A DNA stretch of 64,000 nt from Akkermansiaceae bacterium (GCA_051252195.1 JBPOGD010000006.1:144551-208550); one strand, 5' to 3'; positions 35,382 to 45,974 are shown, numbered from the stretch's first letter. The notes: generated by a model not told the origin, from the sequence alone. Numbers and translations are program-made.

Positions 35382-35900
35382 CTACTCGGCAGTGAGCCAA
35401 TCGACAGTGGCGGCATCATCGAGCTGAACATCGAGCCATTGAATTTTTTCTATTTCGAAAACGAATCGGCCGAGAAACTTGTGTCCCTTGAGCATGTGCG
35501 GCAGCCAGTATTTGTCGTCCTCCCACATTTTTCCCCAAGGGATTTCAGCGAGCGGTGTCCACAGTGGGATGGCTTCATCAGTGGCTGTCGGTTCACCAGT
35601 GAACTCTGATGCCATGTAGACGTGGCAGTGAATATCTGGAATGTCTGACATTGCGAACCATAGCTCGCCCATTTTGATAGCATTCAGCGGTGTGATGTGG
35701 AGCTCTTCTTGGCATTCGCGGATGACGCACTCGGCAGGAGTTTCACCGGGATCGATTTTTCCACCAGGGCCATTAATTTTCCCCATACCAATGCCGCGGA
35801 GTTTTTTAATCAGGAGAACCTTTCCATCCTGTACGACAAACATTAAGGTGGCTGGCATCTCAGCCTGCCAGTTTGACCAATCGACGCTGCATTCATCCAT
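35382..35900 (-). CDS. NUDIX hydrolase (MutT-like)
   Basis: Nudix box GKINGPGGKIDPGETPAECVIRECQEELHI. Confidence 0.85.
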   Translation of the reverse strand: MDECSVDWSNWQAEMPATLMFVVQDGKVLLIKKLRGIGMGKINGPGGKIDPGETPAECVIRECQEELHITPLNAIKMGELWFAMSDIPDIHCHVYMASEFTGEPTATDEAIPLWTPLAEIPWGKMWEDDKYWLPHMLKGHKFLGRFVFEIEKIQWLDVQLDDAATVDWLTAE

Positions 35901-35960
35901 GCGCGTGTTCTATGTGTTTCTCTGAGAATATAAAGGATAATTCGCTAAACTCTCCATCCC

Positions 35961-37178
35961 ATTCTGAAAACTAAATCACATATCGCCGTTATAGGTGGAG
36001 GACCTGCCGGGCTACGTGCGGCGGAAGTCATGGCTGAGGCTGGGCTCAGTGTAACGGTGTATGATGCGATGCGGTCAGTGGGGCGGAAGTTTTTGGTGGC
36101 GGGCAAGAGTGGGTTGAATCTAACTAACGGCGAAGATATTACTGGGTTTTTCTCTAAATACAGTGGTGATGATTTGCCTGAGGGCTTATGGCAGGAGGTG
36201 ATCCGAAATTTTGATAATACCGATCTGCGGAACTGGGCTGCTGGGCTTGGCATTGAGACCTTTGTCGCTAGTAGTGGTAAGGTGTTTCCTTCGCCAGTGA
36301 ATGGCGCAATCAAGGCGGCGCCACTGCTGCGGCGGTGGATTGAGCATTTGCGTGAGCTGGGTGTAGTTTTTAAGGTGAAGCACCGCTGGGTGGGTTTTGA
36401 TGACGACGGACAGCCTGTTTTTGATGTTGATGACGAGCGAATGGCCTTCGCGCACGAGGCCTCGGTTTTAGCGCTTGGTGGGGCATCGTGGCCGCAGACG
36501 GGCTCTGATGGTCACTGGACGAAAATTTTGCATAGCTTGGGGGTGGTAACAGTGCCGCTGAGTTCTGCGAACTGTGGTTGGGAAACTGATTGGCCAGATA
36601 ATCTACTCGAAGAAGCGGAAGGTTTGCCGCTTAAAAATCTTTGTCTCTCCGCTGGTGAAAGTGCAAGAAAAGGCGAGTTGGTCATTACTCGATATGGATT
36701 AGAAGGCGGGCCGATTTACCGACTCGGGCCAGCAATTAGAAAATTATCTGAGCCACACGTAATCATCGATTTCAAACCAGAGATGAGCCATGCGGAGCTG
36801 GTGCAGCGTATGGGAGCTGTGAAGAGAAACTTCGTACGTGAGGCGGGTCGACGCTGGAAGTTGGATGCTGCCGCTTGTGCCTTACTGAAATATTTGCCAG
36901 ATCGTGGCCCATGGAAATCCTCCGATCAGCTTGCTCGTGAGGTGAAACGGTGCCGAATCCCTCTGACACAGCCGCGCCCTATTGCGGAGGCAATTTCATC
37001 AGCAGGTGGTATTTCGTGGAATGAACTTGATAAAAACCTGATGTTAAAAAAGATTCCTCGTGTATACATCGCAGGTGAAATGATAGACTGGGAAGCCCCT
37101 ACGGGTGGCTACTTACTTCAAGCTTGTTTCGCCACAGGAACTCATGCTGCTCGAGCAGTGATTCATTCAAATCGATAA
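35961..37178 (+). CDS. HI0933/BaiN-like NAD(P)/FAD-dependent oxidoreductase; start codon probably non-ATG
   Basis: The GxGxxG motif HIAVIGGGPAGLRAAEV lies upstream of the first ATG/GTG/TTG (36030), in frame and after the stop at 35946-48. The true start is therefore ATT/CTG/ATC near 35961-35982, or there is a sequencing error. Confidence 0.7.
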   Translation: MLKTKSHIAVIGGGPAGLRAAEVMAEAGLSVTVYDAMRSVGRKFLVAGKSGLNLTNGEDITGFFSKYSGDDLPEGLWQEVIRNFDNTDLRNWAAGLGIETFVASSGKVFPSPVNGAIKAAPLLRRWIEHLRELGVVFKVKHRWVGFDDDGQPVFDVDDERMAFAHEASVLALGGASWPQTGSDGHWTKILHSLGVVTVPLSSANCGWETDWPDNLLEEAEGLPLKNLCLSAGESARKGELVITRYGLEGGPIYRLGPAIRKLSEPHVIIDFKPEMSHAELVQRMGAVKRNFVREAGRRWKLDAAACALLKYLPDRGPWKSSDQLAREVKRCRIPLTQPRPIAEAISSAGGISWNELDKNLMLKKIPRVYIAGEMIDWEAPTGGYLLQACFATGTHAARAVIHSNR

Positions 37179-37210
37179 TCTCATTTAATCCCCCTTAAAT
37201 TACCCCACTC

Positions 37211-38761
37211 ATGTACTGGATATTCGCAATCTTAGGTGTCATCGTCCTCTTTCTCATGGCCGTCGTCGTGTATGATCTGACACAGAAAAATCATGCGATT
37301 TTAAGAAATTTCCCCCTATTAGGCCATATTCGCTATTTCTTAGAAGCGATTGGTCCCGAGCTGCGTCAATATATCGTGGCAAGAAATGACGAGGAGCGCC
37401 CATTTTCAAGAGATCAAAGACGCTGGGTCTACGCTTCGGCGAAGAAGCAAAATAACTACTTCGGCTTCGGTACCGATAACGATATCGAGCATGCAGCGAA
37501 TTATGTTATTTTAAAACAAAACGCCTTTCCTCACCCCGAGATTAAACTTGGAGACAAGGACTACGACCCTCTTCACCCGATTCCTTGTGCTAAGGTTTTA
37601 GGTGGAGCCCGCGGTAGGGCGAAGGCGTTTCGTCCGCGTTCAGCAGTGAATATCTCGGCGATGAGCTACGGCTCGTTGGGTAGTGCTGCCACGGAAGCAA
37701 TCAATCGCGGCTCTGCCATTGCTGACTGCTTACACAATACTGGTGAGGGCGGCGTATCCATTCACCACCAGCATGGTGGCGAGTTGATGCTTCAAATTGG
37801 GACAGGTTATTTTGGCAGTAGAGATGCTGAGGGGAACTTCTCCATGGAGGCACTGATTAAGACCGTTACCGCAAATCCTCAGGTTAAATGTATCGAAATT
37901 AAATTGAGCCAAGGGGCGAAGCCTGGGCTGGGTGGGATGCTTCCTAAAGAGAAAATTACTCGGGAAATCTCTGATGCGCGTGGTATTCCTATGGGCGTCG
38001 ACTGCGCTAGCCCTTCAGGGCATAGTGCTTTTCATGATGTTGACTCAATGCTCGAATTCGTCGAACTCATCGCAGAAAAAACAGGGCTCCCCGTGGGGAT
38101 TAAGTCGGCGGTGGGGCAATTAGCCTTTTGGCGTGAACTGGCAGAAAAGATGAAGGATGGCACGCGAGGCGTGGATTTTATTACAATCGACGGCGGTGAG
38201 GGAGGCACGGGTGCGGCTCCCTTAGCCTTCTCAGATCACGTATCACTCCCTTTCAAGTTAGGCTTTACCCGCGTTTACTCCATTTTCCATCAGGCTGCTA
38301 TTTGCGACAAAGTCGTGTTCATTGGTTCGGCAAAACTAGGTTTTCCCCTCGATGCGCTGTTCGCCTTTGGGCTCGGGTGCGACATGATTTCGGTAGCGCG
38401 GGAAGCGATGCTATCCATCGGCTGTATTCAGGCTCAGCTCTGCCATACGGGGCACTGTCCATCGGGTGTTGCAACGCATAACAAGTGGCTCATGCGTGGT
38501 CTCGACCCGACCTTGAAATCAGCCCGACTGGCGAACTATATGGTTACCTTACGTCACGAAATTTTAAAATTATGCCAAGCTGCCGGCGTCTGTCATCCTG
38601 CCTTCATCACTACTGATCAGTTTGAAATTCTCGATGGTCAGCTGGGGTCGACGACTTTTAAGGAAGCCTTTGGTTACGAGCTCGTGCGTCAGTGTCCTTG
38701 TGATAAAGACTGTAGCAGAATCAAAGAAATCATGAAAACGGAGAAAAGGGTGAGCGCTTAG
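37211..38761 (+). CDS. glutamate-synthase-related FMN-binding domain protein (GltB domain-2 family)
   Basis: An N-terminal TM anchor, then ISAMSYGSLGSAATEAINRGSAIADCLHNTGEGG...GGEGGTGAAP, characteristic of the GltS FMN-binding domain. Confidence 0.85.
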   Translation: MYWIFAILGVIVLFLMAVVVYDLTQKNHAILRNFPLLGHIRYFLEAIGPELRQYIVARNDEERPFSRDQRRWVYASAKKQNNYFGFGTDNDIEHAANYVILKQNAFPHPEIKLGDKDYDPLHPIPCAKVLGGARGRAKAFRPRSAVNISAMSYGSLGSAATEAINRGSAIADCLHNTGEGGVSIHHQHGGELMLQIGTGYFGSRDAEGNFSMEALIKTVTANPQVKCIEIKLSQGAKPGLGGMLPKEKITREISDARGIPMGVDCASPSGHSAFHDVDSMLEFVELIAEKTGLPVGIKSAVGQLAFWRELAEKMKDGTRGVDFITIDGGEGGTGAAPLAFSDHVSLPFKLGFTRVYSIFHQAAICDKVVFIGSAKLGFPLDALFAFGLGCDMISVAREAMLSIGCIQAQLCHTGHCPSGVATHNKWLMRGLDPTLKSARLANYMVTLRHEILKLCQAAGVCHPAFITTDQFEILDGQLGSTTFKEAFGYELVRQCPCDKDCSRIKEIMKTEKRVSA

Positions 38762-39006
38762 CAAGGAAGAAAGAATCGAGATTACAGCTTGACTCTAGTC
38801 CTAGCTTGCCCCACATCGCCCTTGTCTGGGTGTGGTAACCTTGGCGCGCCGCCTTCACAGCGGCATGTCTTATCTTGTTTCGCAATGAGGTAAGGCAACA
38901 AATGGTCGTCTTTTTTATCTGATAAGAGAGGCGGCTTTTTTGTGCCTGCCTATCTCAAATTTAAACGTTTCAGTTCTCCTAGGCACTTGCATATTAAGCA
39001 CGACTA

Positions 39007-40314
39007 GTGCACATGCAGTGCATGCATTCATTTCAATATCAGAACGGCTCCTTGCACTGTGAAGGTGTAGATCTTAATCAGCTGGCGGACGAATATGGCA
39101 CACCTGCCTATGTTTACAGCGCAGCAACGTTCCGTGACCACTACCGTAAATTAGACCAAGCCTTATCAGGCCTTGATCACGGCATTGAGTATGCGGTAAA
39201 GGCAAACTCGAATCTCTCGGTACTGAAGCTCCTCGTGGCTGAAGGTAGTGGCTTCGATATTGTATCTGGTGGTGAACTTCAGCGTGTAATCGCAGCAGGC
39301 GGTGACCCTGGGAAATGTACTTTTGCTGGTGTCGGCAAGACTCGCGAGGAGATTGAATACGCGCTCAATCAAGGAATCTATTGTTTTAATGCCGAGAGTG
39401 AAGAAGAAGTTGCTTTTATCAGTCAAGTCGCTGGCGAGGTCGGTAAAGTTGCTCCCGTGGCGTTCCGCGTTAATCCCAACGTCGATGCTAAGACACACAA
39501 ATACATCTCAACTGGAAAATCTGAGAACAAGTTCGGCGTTGATTTCTCATCGATAGATGACGCCTATACACGTGCAGCAGCATTGCCCAACATCACTCTC
39601 CGTGGTCTCCAGATGCACATTGGTTCACAGCTCACATCACTGAAGCCATTTATGGAGGCGGTTGAGAAAGTGGCTCCTTTGGCGATTCGCTTGAAGGAAA
39701 CTTACGGTATCGAGTTCTTCTCCATCGGTGGTGGTGTCGGCATTGTCTATGAAGATTCGCTCGCATCGGGTCAGCCAGAATGGTGGGCGAACAAGAGCGA
39801 TGAAGATCGCCCTCTGACGATTGAAGAATACGCGACTGGTGTAACTCCTGTTTTAAAAGAAACGGGGCTTAAAATCCTCGTTGAGCCAGGCCGCTACATA
39901 GCTGGTAATGCAGGGGCGCTTCTGACCCGCTGTCTCTATGAAAAAAAGGGATCGGCAAAGACTTTCCGCATTGTTGATGCAGGCATGAACGATCTCATCC
40001 GACCTGCTCTCTATGAGGGCCACCACGAAATTGCGCCACTCAATGAACCTCGCTCAAGCTCAACTAGCGTCGATGTCGTAGGCCCAGTTTGTGAAACAGG
40101 CGATTTCTTCTGTCAGAGCCGTGAGCTGCCCGACTTCGCGCCAGGTGAGGCTATCGCGCTACTCAGTGCAGGTGCCTATGGCTACGTCATGGCATCAAAT
40201 TACAACACCCGTGGTTTGCCAGTGGAAATCCTCGTCGATGGCGATGAAGCCAAGGTCATTCGCCCGAGACAGACCGTCGATGACATCCTTACGGCTGAGA
40301 TAGCAGCTCTGTAG
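39007..40314 (+). CDS. lysA: diaminopimelate decarboxylase
   Basis: PLP-fold type III motifs YAVKANSNLSVLKLLVAEGSGFDIVSGGEL and CETGD...E. Confidence 0.9.
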   Translation: MHMQCMHSFQYQNGSLHCEGVDLNQLADEYGTPAYVYSAATFRDHYRKLDQALSGLDHGIEYAVKANSNLSVLKLLVAEGSGFDIVSGGELQRVIAAGGDPGKCTFAGVGKTREEIEYALNQGIYCFNAESEEEVAFISQVAGEVGKVAPVAFRVNPNVDAKTHKYISTGKSENKFGVDFSSIDDAYTRAAALPNITLRGLQMHIGSQLTSLKPFMEAVEKVAPLAIRLKETYGIEFFSIGGGVGIVYEDSLASGQPEWWANKSDEDRPLTIEEYATGVTPVLKETGLKILVEPGRYIAGNAGALLTRCLYEKKGSAKTFRIVDAGMNDLIRPALYEGHHEIAPLNEPRSSSTSVDVVGPVCETGDFFCQSRELPDFAPGEAIALLSAGAYGYVMASNYNTRGLPVEILVDGDEAKVIRPRQTVDDILTAEIAAL

Positions 40315-40366
40315 CCGCTGGATTTTCCAGATTTTTAGAAGGCTCTTTTGTATAGAATAGAGAATA

Positions 40367-41305
40367 ATGCAAGAGAGCCTCCTCGTCCTGATCGCCGTTT
40401 TTCCTGTGTACGTCGTCGTCGCACTGGGAGTTGGCTTGCGTTATAAAAAAATCCTCAATCCGGAAATGGATAAGGGGATTATTTTTGTGGCGGTCCACAT
40501 CTGCTTTCCGTGCTTGATTTTGGATAAAATGCTCGGTGCTGAGGTGTTGCAGGGGTCCTCTGTCGCCTTCTCATCGGCGGCGATGGGTTTGGGTTTAATT
40601 CTTGCAGGAATGCTGCTAGCATGGGTAACCAGTGCTTTGCTAGGGCTGAGTGTTGGTGCTGGACGCCGTACTTTTACGGTGAGTACGGGTATTCAAAATT
40701 ACGGTTACTTCGCTATCCCGCTGATTGCGCATTTGTTTCCAGATGACAATGTCATGGCGGTGCTCTTTACCCATAATCTTGGCGTGGAAATAGCGATGTG
40801 GATCGTCGGCGTGATGATTCTATCAGGTGACACGCGTCCCACGTGGAGGGTGTTTATCAAAGGGCCGATCATGGCGATGGTTTTAGGGATTCTGCTCACG
40901 ACGACTCGCACCGACCATCTCGTGCCGAGCTTTCTGTTTCCTATCTTCGAAATGCTGGGTCAGTGCGCTGTGCCACTTTCTATTCTGATGGTGGGGACGA
41001 CTTGGTATGACCTCTTCGGCAAGGCAAAGCTGAGCTGGAAAGTGAGTACAGCGGGTATTCTACTCAGGCTTTTTCTTATCCCGGCGCTCTTTCTCATTGC
41101 GGCGAAGTATTTGCCGCTCGCCATCGAGTTAAAGCAGGTGCTCATCGTTCAGGCGGCACTTCCAGCAGCCATGTTTCCCATTGTACTTGCCCGTCATTAT
41201 GGTGGAAGAACGGAGGTCGCCATTCAGGTTGTTCTGGCGACGACCATCGCAAGCATTGTGACAATGCCTTTTGTGATTAGTTTTGGAAGTTGGTGGATTC
41301 TTTAA
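40367..41305 (+). CDS. AEC-family (auxin efflux carrier-like) transporter
   Basis: A 10-TM membrane protein; the N-terminus MQESLLVLIAVFPVYVVVALGVGLRY is typical of the family. Confidence 0.75.
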   Translation: MQESLLVLIAVFPVYVVVALGVGLRYKKILNPEMDKGIIFVAVHICFPCLILDKMLGAEVLQGSSVAFSSAAMGLGLILAGMLLAWVTSALLGLSVGAGRRTFTVSTGIQNYGYFAIPLIAHLFPDDNVMAVLFTHNLGVEIAMWIVGVMILSGDTRPTWRVFIKGPIMAMVLGILLTTTRTDHLVPSFLFPIFEMLGQCAVPLSILMVGTTWYDLFGKAKLSWKVSTAGILLRLFLIPALFLIAAKYLPLAIELKQVLIVQAALPAAMFPIVLARHYGGRTEVAIQVVLATTIASIVTMPFVISFGSWWIL

Positions 41306-41366
41306 ATGGGTTGGATTCAGAGGGATTGCATTGACGGTAGTGTGTGAGCTGATTTACTGCAAGAAG

Positions 41367-42437
41367 ATGAGCGATATTGAAATTCAAGGGCAGAAGGTGA
41401 AGTTGGGTGAGAAAAAACTAGTAAGCCTGCAGATTGGATTTTTGACGACACATGAGCCAGTAACAATTCGAGCTTGGGTTATCCGTGGCAAAGAAGATGG
41501 GCCAACCTTACTTGTGACCGGCTGCGTTCACGGTGATGAGATTAACGGAGCTGAGGTGATTAGAAGGCTGATCAAATCGCCTAGTTTAACCAGAAAACTC
41601 AAGGGGACGCTGATAGCAGTGCCTATCGTCAACGTGCCTGCTTTTTCAAATCGATCCCGCTATTTGCCTGACCGCCGCGACCTGAATCGCTTATTCCCTG
41701 GTTCACCCACTGGTTCCTTGGGCGGACGTTTGGCGCATGTCGTGATGAGTGAGCTGGTAGCACATGCTGACGCTATTATCGACCTGCACACTGGTGCGGT
41801 AAATCGTGCTAATTTACCACAACTTCGCGTAACGCGTGGTGACGATGCTTCGATCGCACTTGCTACGGCATTCAAGCCACCTGTCATCTTGCACGGATCA
41901 GCCGCGCAAGGAACCTTCCGTGCGGCATGTAACGCGGTGGGGGTACCTACAATTCTTTATGAGAGCGGCGAGGCCTTGCGTTTAGATACCGCGTCGATTC
42001 GCTTTGCCAAACGTGGTGTCATCGCTGTGATGCGCCATCTGGGCATGCGGATGAATCGTACAAATTCCCCGAAGAAATCGATTAAACACACTGTAATTTG
42101 CGATAAAAGTTACTGGGAAAGAGCGCAGGTTGGTGGGTTATTTACTCCTTTTATGGGCTTGGGCAAGGCTGTTAAGAAAGGCGAGGTTCTGGGTTTTATT
42201 GCAGATCCCTTGGGCGATGCTGAACAGGAGGTGCTAGCGAGCAATGCTGGTATCGTTATCGGTAGAACGAATGAAGGCCTGGCCGATGAAGGCGACGGCT
42301 TGTTCCATATCGCCTTTTCAAAAAATCCAGACAATGCCGAGAAGCGTATTGTAAAGTCGGGCGAAGAACTCCCGGACATTCCTGATGCAGATGATGATCA
42401 TCCTGTACCTGGTAATCCTTACACGGATATTGTTTAA
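41367..42437 (+). CDS. succinylglutamate desuccinylase/aspartoacylase (AstE/AspA) family protein
   Basis: The Zn site GCVHGDEINGAEVIRRL and DLHTG. I placed the start at ATG 41367, after the end of the AEC gene. Confidence 0.8.
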   Translation: MSDIEIQGQKVKLGEKKLVSLQIGFLTTHEPVTIRAWVIRGKEDGPTLLVTGCVHGDEINGAEVIRRLIKSPSLTRKLKGTLIAVPIVNVPAFSNRSRYLPDRRDLNRLFPGSPTGSLGGRLAHVVMSELVAHADAIIDLHTGAVNRANLPQLRVTRGDDASIALATAFKPPVILHGSAAQGTFRAACNAVGVPTILYESGEALRLDTASIRFAKRGVIAVMRHLGMRMNRTNSPKKSIKHTVICDKSYWERAQVGGLFTPFMGLGKAVKKGEVLGFIADPLGDAEQEVLASNAGIVIGRTNEGLADEGDGLFHIAFSKNPDNAEKRIVKSGEELPDIPDADDDHPVPGNPYTDIV

Positions 42438-42599
42438 GCGTCTTCAGTTTGCGGGCTTGCGCAGCAGGCTAGGGCTCCGTGGTTTTAGAAAAGATCACGG
42501 AGCATAGTTCAGGAATTGTATTATCCGTAAGGCTCGAGCTTTGGAATTGAACACAAAGAATGAACAGGGTTCCTGAGGCCCTTGAGATACGCATGCACT

Positions 42600-42635
42600 A
42601 AAAAGCGACAGGTCGTAATGACGCTGCCGCTTTTT
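42600..42635. terminator. bidirectional intrinsic terminator (A5-stem-loop-T5) downstream of rpmB (minus) and of the AstE-like gene (plus)
   Basis: aaaaa GCGACAGgtcgtaatgacgCTGCCGC ttttt. Confidence 0.5.
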
Positions 42636-42654
42636 GAAAATGGTATATCTAAGT

Positions 42655-42918
42655 TTAGATAAGGCCTGCCTTAAGAAGGGTAGGGTAAGCGCCATTCTTG
42701 TTGATGGTCTTAATTGCCTTGGCACTAAGCTTAAGCTTGATGAAACGTCCGAGTTCTGGAACCCAAATACGCTTTGTGTGAAGGTTGGGAGATACTGAAC
42801 GCTTCACGACTTTAGTGACGTGACGTCCGATACCACCTTTTTTCTTGGCAAGACCTGAACGGTGAATTCTTCCTCCCATACGGACTTTGGAACCTCTAAT
42901 GCTGCATACTTTGGACAT
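42655..42918 (-). CDS. rpmB: 50S ribosomal protein L28
   Basis: MSKVCSIRGSKVRMGGRIHRSGLAKKKGGIGRHVTKVVKR is canonical L28. Confidence 0.9.
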   Translation of the reverse strand: MSKVCSIRGSKVRMGGRIHRSGLAKKKGGIGRHVTKVVKRSVSPNLHTKRIWVPELGRFIKLKLSAKAIKTINKNGAYPTLLKAGLI

Positions 42919-43026
42919 ATCTAAAAATTGGTTTGATCTGAAAATTGATAAACGCTTATTGATAAAGCGTTACTTGCGGGGCGTGGAGAAATACATTCTC
43001 TGAGATCCCAGTCAAGAGAATTTGCG

Positions 43027-43494
43027 CTAATTTCTGACTTTAATGCTGTTTTCTGCTGCTTTAGCGCGATTCGAAGAAATCTGAGCGAGCCGAGGTAGAA
43101 TGAGAAAAATAATCAAAGCGCATCCTGCAGCTGTTCCTAGCGTGTCAGCCAACCAGTCGCCTGTGTCATTGCCGGATCGTCCAGGGGTGAATGTCTGGTG
43201 ATACTCATCGAGCCTCCCGATGATTGACCCTATGATAAGCACGGTGGAAAAGAGCAGCAAGTGAGAGATTTTCTGCCACTGGAGTTTAATTACCATGGTG
43301 AGCAGGATGCCACCGGCGAGGAAGTAGCAGAAGTGGTAGGCTTTATCGATATGGGTGATTTGAGGGCCAGTGTCTGGACCAGAACTCTTCGCAGAGAGAA
43401 ACCACAAGGTAGTTACCCAAGTAATCAATAGAAAAAAATACGCCGCAGGTCTCCTCGGGAAACGTGCGACGATTTGATTGAGGGTCTCGGTCAA
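43027..43494 (-). CDS. VanZ-like family membrane protein
   Basis: Four TM helices and the VanZ-like motifs DKAYHFCYF and DEYHQ...GR..D..D. Confidence 0.55.
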   Translation of the reverse strand: MTETLNQIVARFPRRPAAYFFLLITWVTTLWFLSAKSSGPDTGPQITHIDKAYHFCYFLAGGILLTMVIKLQWQKISHLLLFSTVLIIGSIIGRLDEYHQTFTPGRSGNDTGDWLADTLGTAAGCALIIFLILPRLAQISSNRAKAAENSIKVRN

Positions 43495-43496
43495 AG

Positions 43497-43817
43497 TTAT
43501 GCGAGAGCTTCGAGTTTACTCTTGAGTTGGTCGAGAGTGACGTTGGCACCTGTGATGGTTTCTTTCACCTCACCGTCCTTAAAGAAAAGAAGACATGGGA
43601 TAGAGCGGACACCGTATTTAGCAGCAAGTGCCTGATTAGTATCAACTTCAACCTTACCTACATTGGCGACACCGTCCACTGCGGTAGCGAGCTGATCAAT
43701 GAGAGGTGAGATCATTTTGCAAGGGCCACACCATTCTGCCCAGAAGTCTACGAGGACAGGTTTGTCTGATTTGATTACTTCAGCTTCAAAATTTGTTTCA
43801 TTGTATGCATTTGCCAT
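43497..43817 (-). CDS. trxA: thioredoxin
   Basis: WAEWCGPCK active site; 106 aa. Confidence 0.92.
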   Translation of the reverse strand: MANAYNETNFEAEVIKSDKPVLVDFWAEWCGPCKMISPLIDQLATAVDGVANVGKVEVDTNQALAAKYGVRSIPCLLFFKDGEVKETITGANVTLDQLKSKLEALA

Positions 43818-43930
43818 AGATGCGAATATGTACAGTGTTTTGATTACGTCAAGTGGGTATAGAAAAAAGCCTCCTGAAGAGTTAGTTTCGAGGAGGCTTT
43901 GGAAATTGTATCGCTATGTGGAGCTAAAAT

Positions 43931-44581
43931 TTATTCAAACAGTTTGCCCCATTCGCCGTCGACCCAGATGCTCGCGGTCATGAGCTGCAAACTAAGTACG
44001 ATAACTGCTAACACAATGGCTGCGATGGATAGAACGTTGATTAGCCCAGCTCCACCAGTGGATTCTGCCTCTTCTTGTTCTAGTGTTCCTACATTGGCTC
44101 TCTGAGCAGGAGAGCTCATTGGCTGCGTCTGCTGAAGTTGTACAGTAGCTCTTGGGAGAGGTTGGCTAGCTGCGCCGCCCATTGCCATCGGTGCTGCACC
44201 TAATGTGTTTGTCTTCAGTTGAATAGTAGGTGCTGGTGCTGGCGTTGATCCTGGGTTTGCTCGGACAGCAGCAGCTGGTGGGGCAGGAACAGCTCTTGGT
44301 GCAGGAGGTGCGGCGGCAGGTGCAGGAGGCGCGGCGGCAGGTGCTGCTGATGCTTGAAGCGGTACTGAAGTAGTACTTGGCTCTTTGATCGGCACTGCAG
44401 GAGCAGGTGGGGTGCTTGGCGGGGGACTAATCGCAGCAGGTGCTGCCATAGGAGCTGCAGGAGCTACGGGCGCTGTACCTGTTGTGGGAGGTGTTGATTT
44501 TAGGGTGACACGAACAGTTTCCTTGCGGAGTGGTACTGCTGATGTTTTTTTCATTTCATTGGGATCGAACTCTTCACTCAT
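43931..44581 (-). CDS. Pro/Ala-rich low-complexity protein with C-terminal TM helix
   Basis: Long PAAPAAP repeats and the C-terminal LINVLSIAAIVLAVIVLSL. Confidence 0.45.
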   Translation of the reverse strand: MSEEFDPNEMKKTSAVPLRKETVRVTLKSTPPTTGTAPVAPAAPMAAPAAISPPPSTPPAPAVPIKEPSTTSVPLQASAAPAAAPPAPAAAPPAPRAVPAPPAAAVRANPGSTPAPAPTIQLKTNTLGAAPMAMGGAASQPLPRATVQLQQTQPMSSPAQRANVGTLEQEEAESTGGAGLINVLSIAAIVLAVIVLSLQLMTASIWVDGEWGKLFE

Positions 44582-44805
44582 AAATAGATATTATTTTAAT
44601 TATTGTTTGGTGTACAAAATGTTTTTTAAGCTCTTAACAATTAGAAAAGAGACAATGCTCATTTCATTTAAGCCTTTAAAGAGATGGGATGTCAAACCTT
44701 CAGCTGTTTTTTCTGAAATGTGGAGTATTTGGGCTCAGGATTTCAGCTGTCAACGTAGGGGGCTCAGCTCTCTCGCCAGATTCTTAGGCTTAGTGCTTAG
44801 AGAGG

Positions 44806-44849
44806 GTGAAAAAAGAAGGGCATTAGGTGAAATGAATCACCCAATGCCC
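44806..44849 (-). terminator. intrinsic terminator of the LysM gene (12-bp stem, U-rich tail on the minus strand)
   Basis: gggcattaggtg-aaatgaat-cacccaatgccc, preceded on the plus strand by gaaaaaagaa, which reads UUCUUUUUUC after the stem in the RNA. Confidence 0.6.
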
Positions 44850-44921
44850 AGCCCTTAGTTGTTGTTATGTTTTCCGAGGGAAAATGAGACGGTCCTCATT
44901 CCTGAGGTTGTTTCGTTCAAA

Positions 44922-45782
44922 TTAGTACTGTGGAACATAAAGTTCAGACCCTTTGGCGAGCATGGTGTTGCTGCTGAGGCTAAGTCCATTGAGTGAATTA
45001 AGCTGTTTTGTGCTAGCACCATGCTTGCTTGCAAACTGGCTGTATGTCATTTGCTCGTTGACCGTGATAGTTCGGATGTTGGAGCTAGATTTCTGTACAG
45101 GTTCTTTCTTGGCTACTTCCTTGGTTTTAGGAGCGGGTGCAGCAGCTTTCTTTGGTGCAGTGTTATTAGAAACGACGGCGTTTTTTGCGTTGCCATCAAT
45201 CACAAGTGCTTGACCTTCACGTAGTTTGGATGGGCTGATGCTCGGGTTAGCTGCAATGACGCTTCTTAGGCTCACTTTGTGCTCACGAGCGATCGAGTAG
45301 AAAGTCTCTCCTTTTTTAACCACGTGTTTTGTAGTTGTTGTTGGGCTTGTCGTAGCTTTGGCGATAGGCTCAGCTTTAGCTGGAGTCTTCTTAGCCATTG
45401 ATGAGGGGATGCTGAGTTTTTGACCGATGTTGATGCGGTCGCTCTTCAGCGTGTTAGTTTTCATGATGGCTGTCACGCTGGTGCTGTGATTTTTAGCGAT
45501 ACGGCTAAGAGTGTCACCTTTTTTAACCGTGTAGCTGGAAAGTGATGTGCTGCTGACTGTTTGCTCATTGTGAGTAGCTGCGAGCTTGGCAACTTGGCTC
45601 TGTGGAGCTTGCTTCGCTTTAAGTTGAGCGAGCTGGACTTCGAGCTGATTGATTTTGGCTTCTGTCAGGCTGACTCTGGCAGCAAGTGTTTCGAAATCGC
45701 TGTGGTTCTGGGTGGAGCTTTGCGCAAATACACCAGTGGTGGCGAGGACTAGGATGTTTGTAACAAGGGCAATATTTTTCAT
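44922..45782 (-). CDS. secreted protein with three LysM peptidoglycan-binding domains and N-terminal coiled coil
   Basis: Three units of YTVKKGDTLSRIAKNH...type LysM and a signal peptide. Confidence 0.8.
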   Translation of the reverse strand: MKNIALVTNILVLATTGVFAQSSTQNHSDFETLAARVSLTEAKINQLEVQLAQLKAKQAPQSQVAKLAATHNEQTVSSTSLSSYTVKKGDTLSRIAKNHSTSVTAIMKTNTLKSDRINIGQKLSIPSSMAKKTPAKAEPIAKATTSPTTTTKHVVKKGETFYSIAREHKVSLRSVIAANPSISPSKLREGQALVIDGNAKNAVVSNNTAPKKAAAPAPKTKEVAKKEPVQKSSSNIRTITVNEQMTYSQFASKHGASTKQLNSLNGLSLSSNTMLAKGSELYVPQY

Positions 45783-45974
45783 AACGGGGATAGGTATTAT
45801 AAAATTTTAATGGTTTGGCAATATAAAAATTAAACTTTTCTTAATCTTTTTTCAAAAAATAAAGATTTTTTATAAATATTAAAGTGTTCCGCGTTATTTT
45901 TGAGGTTTTTATAAAAGTGATGAAAGGAGTAATTGTGACTTTCAATCTGGTACATTTCCTCTTCAATTAAAGTT

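Noticed and set aside
38762-39006. Lysine riboswitch (L-box) upstream of lysA (contains GAGAGGCGG and several palindromes gcacatgc/gcatgc)
   Set aside because: I could not recognise the multi-helix L-box core by eye. Only short motif resemblance is present, so a covariance-model search would be needed.
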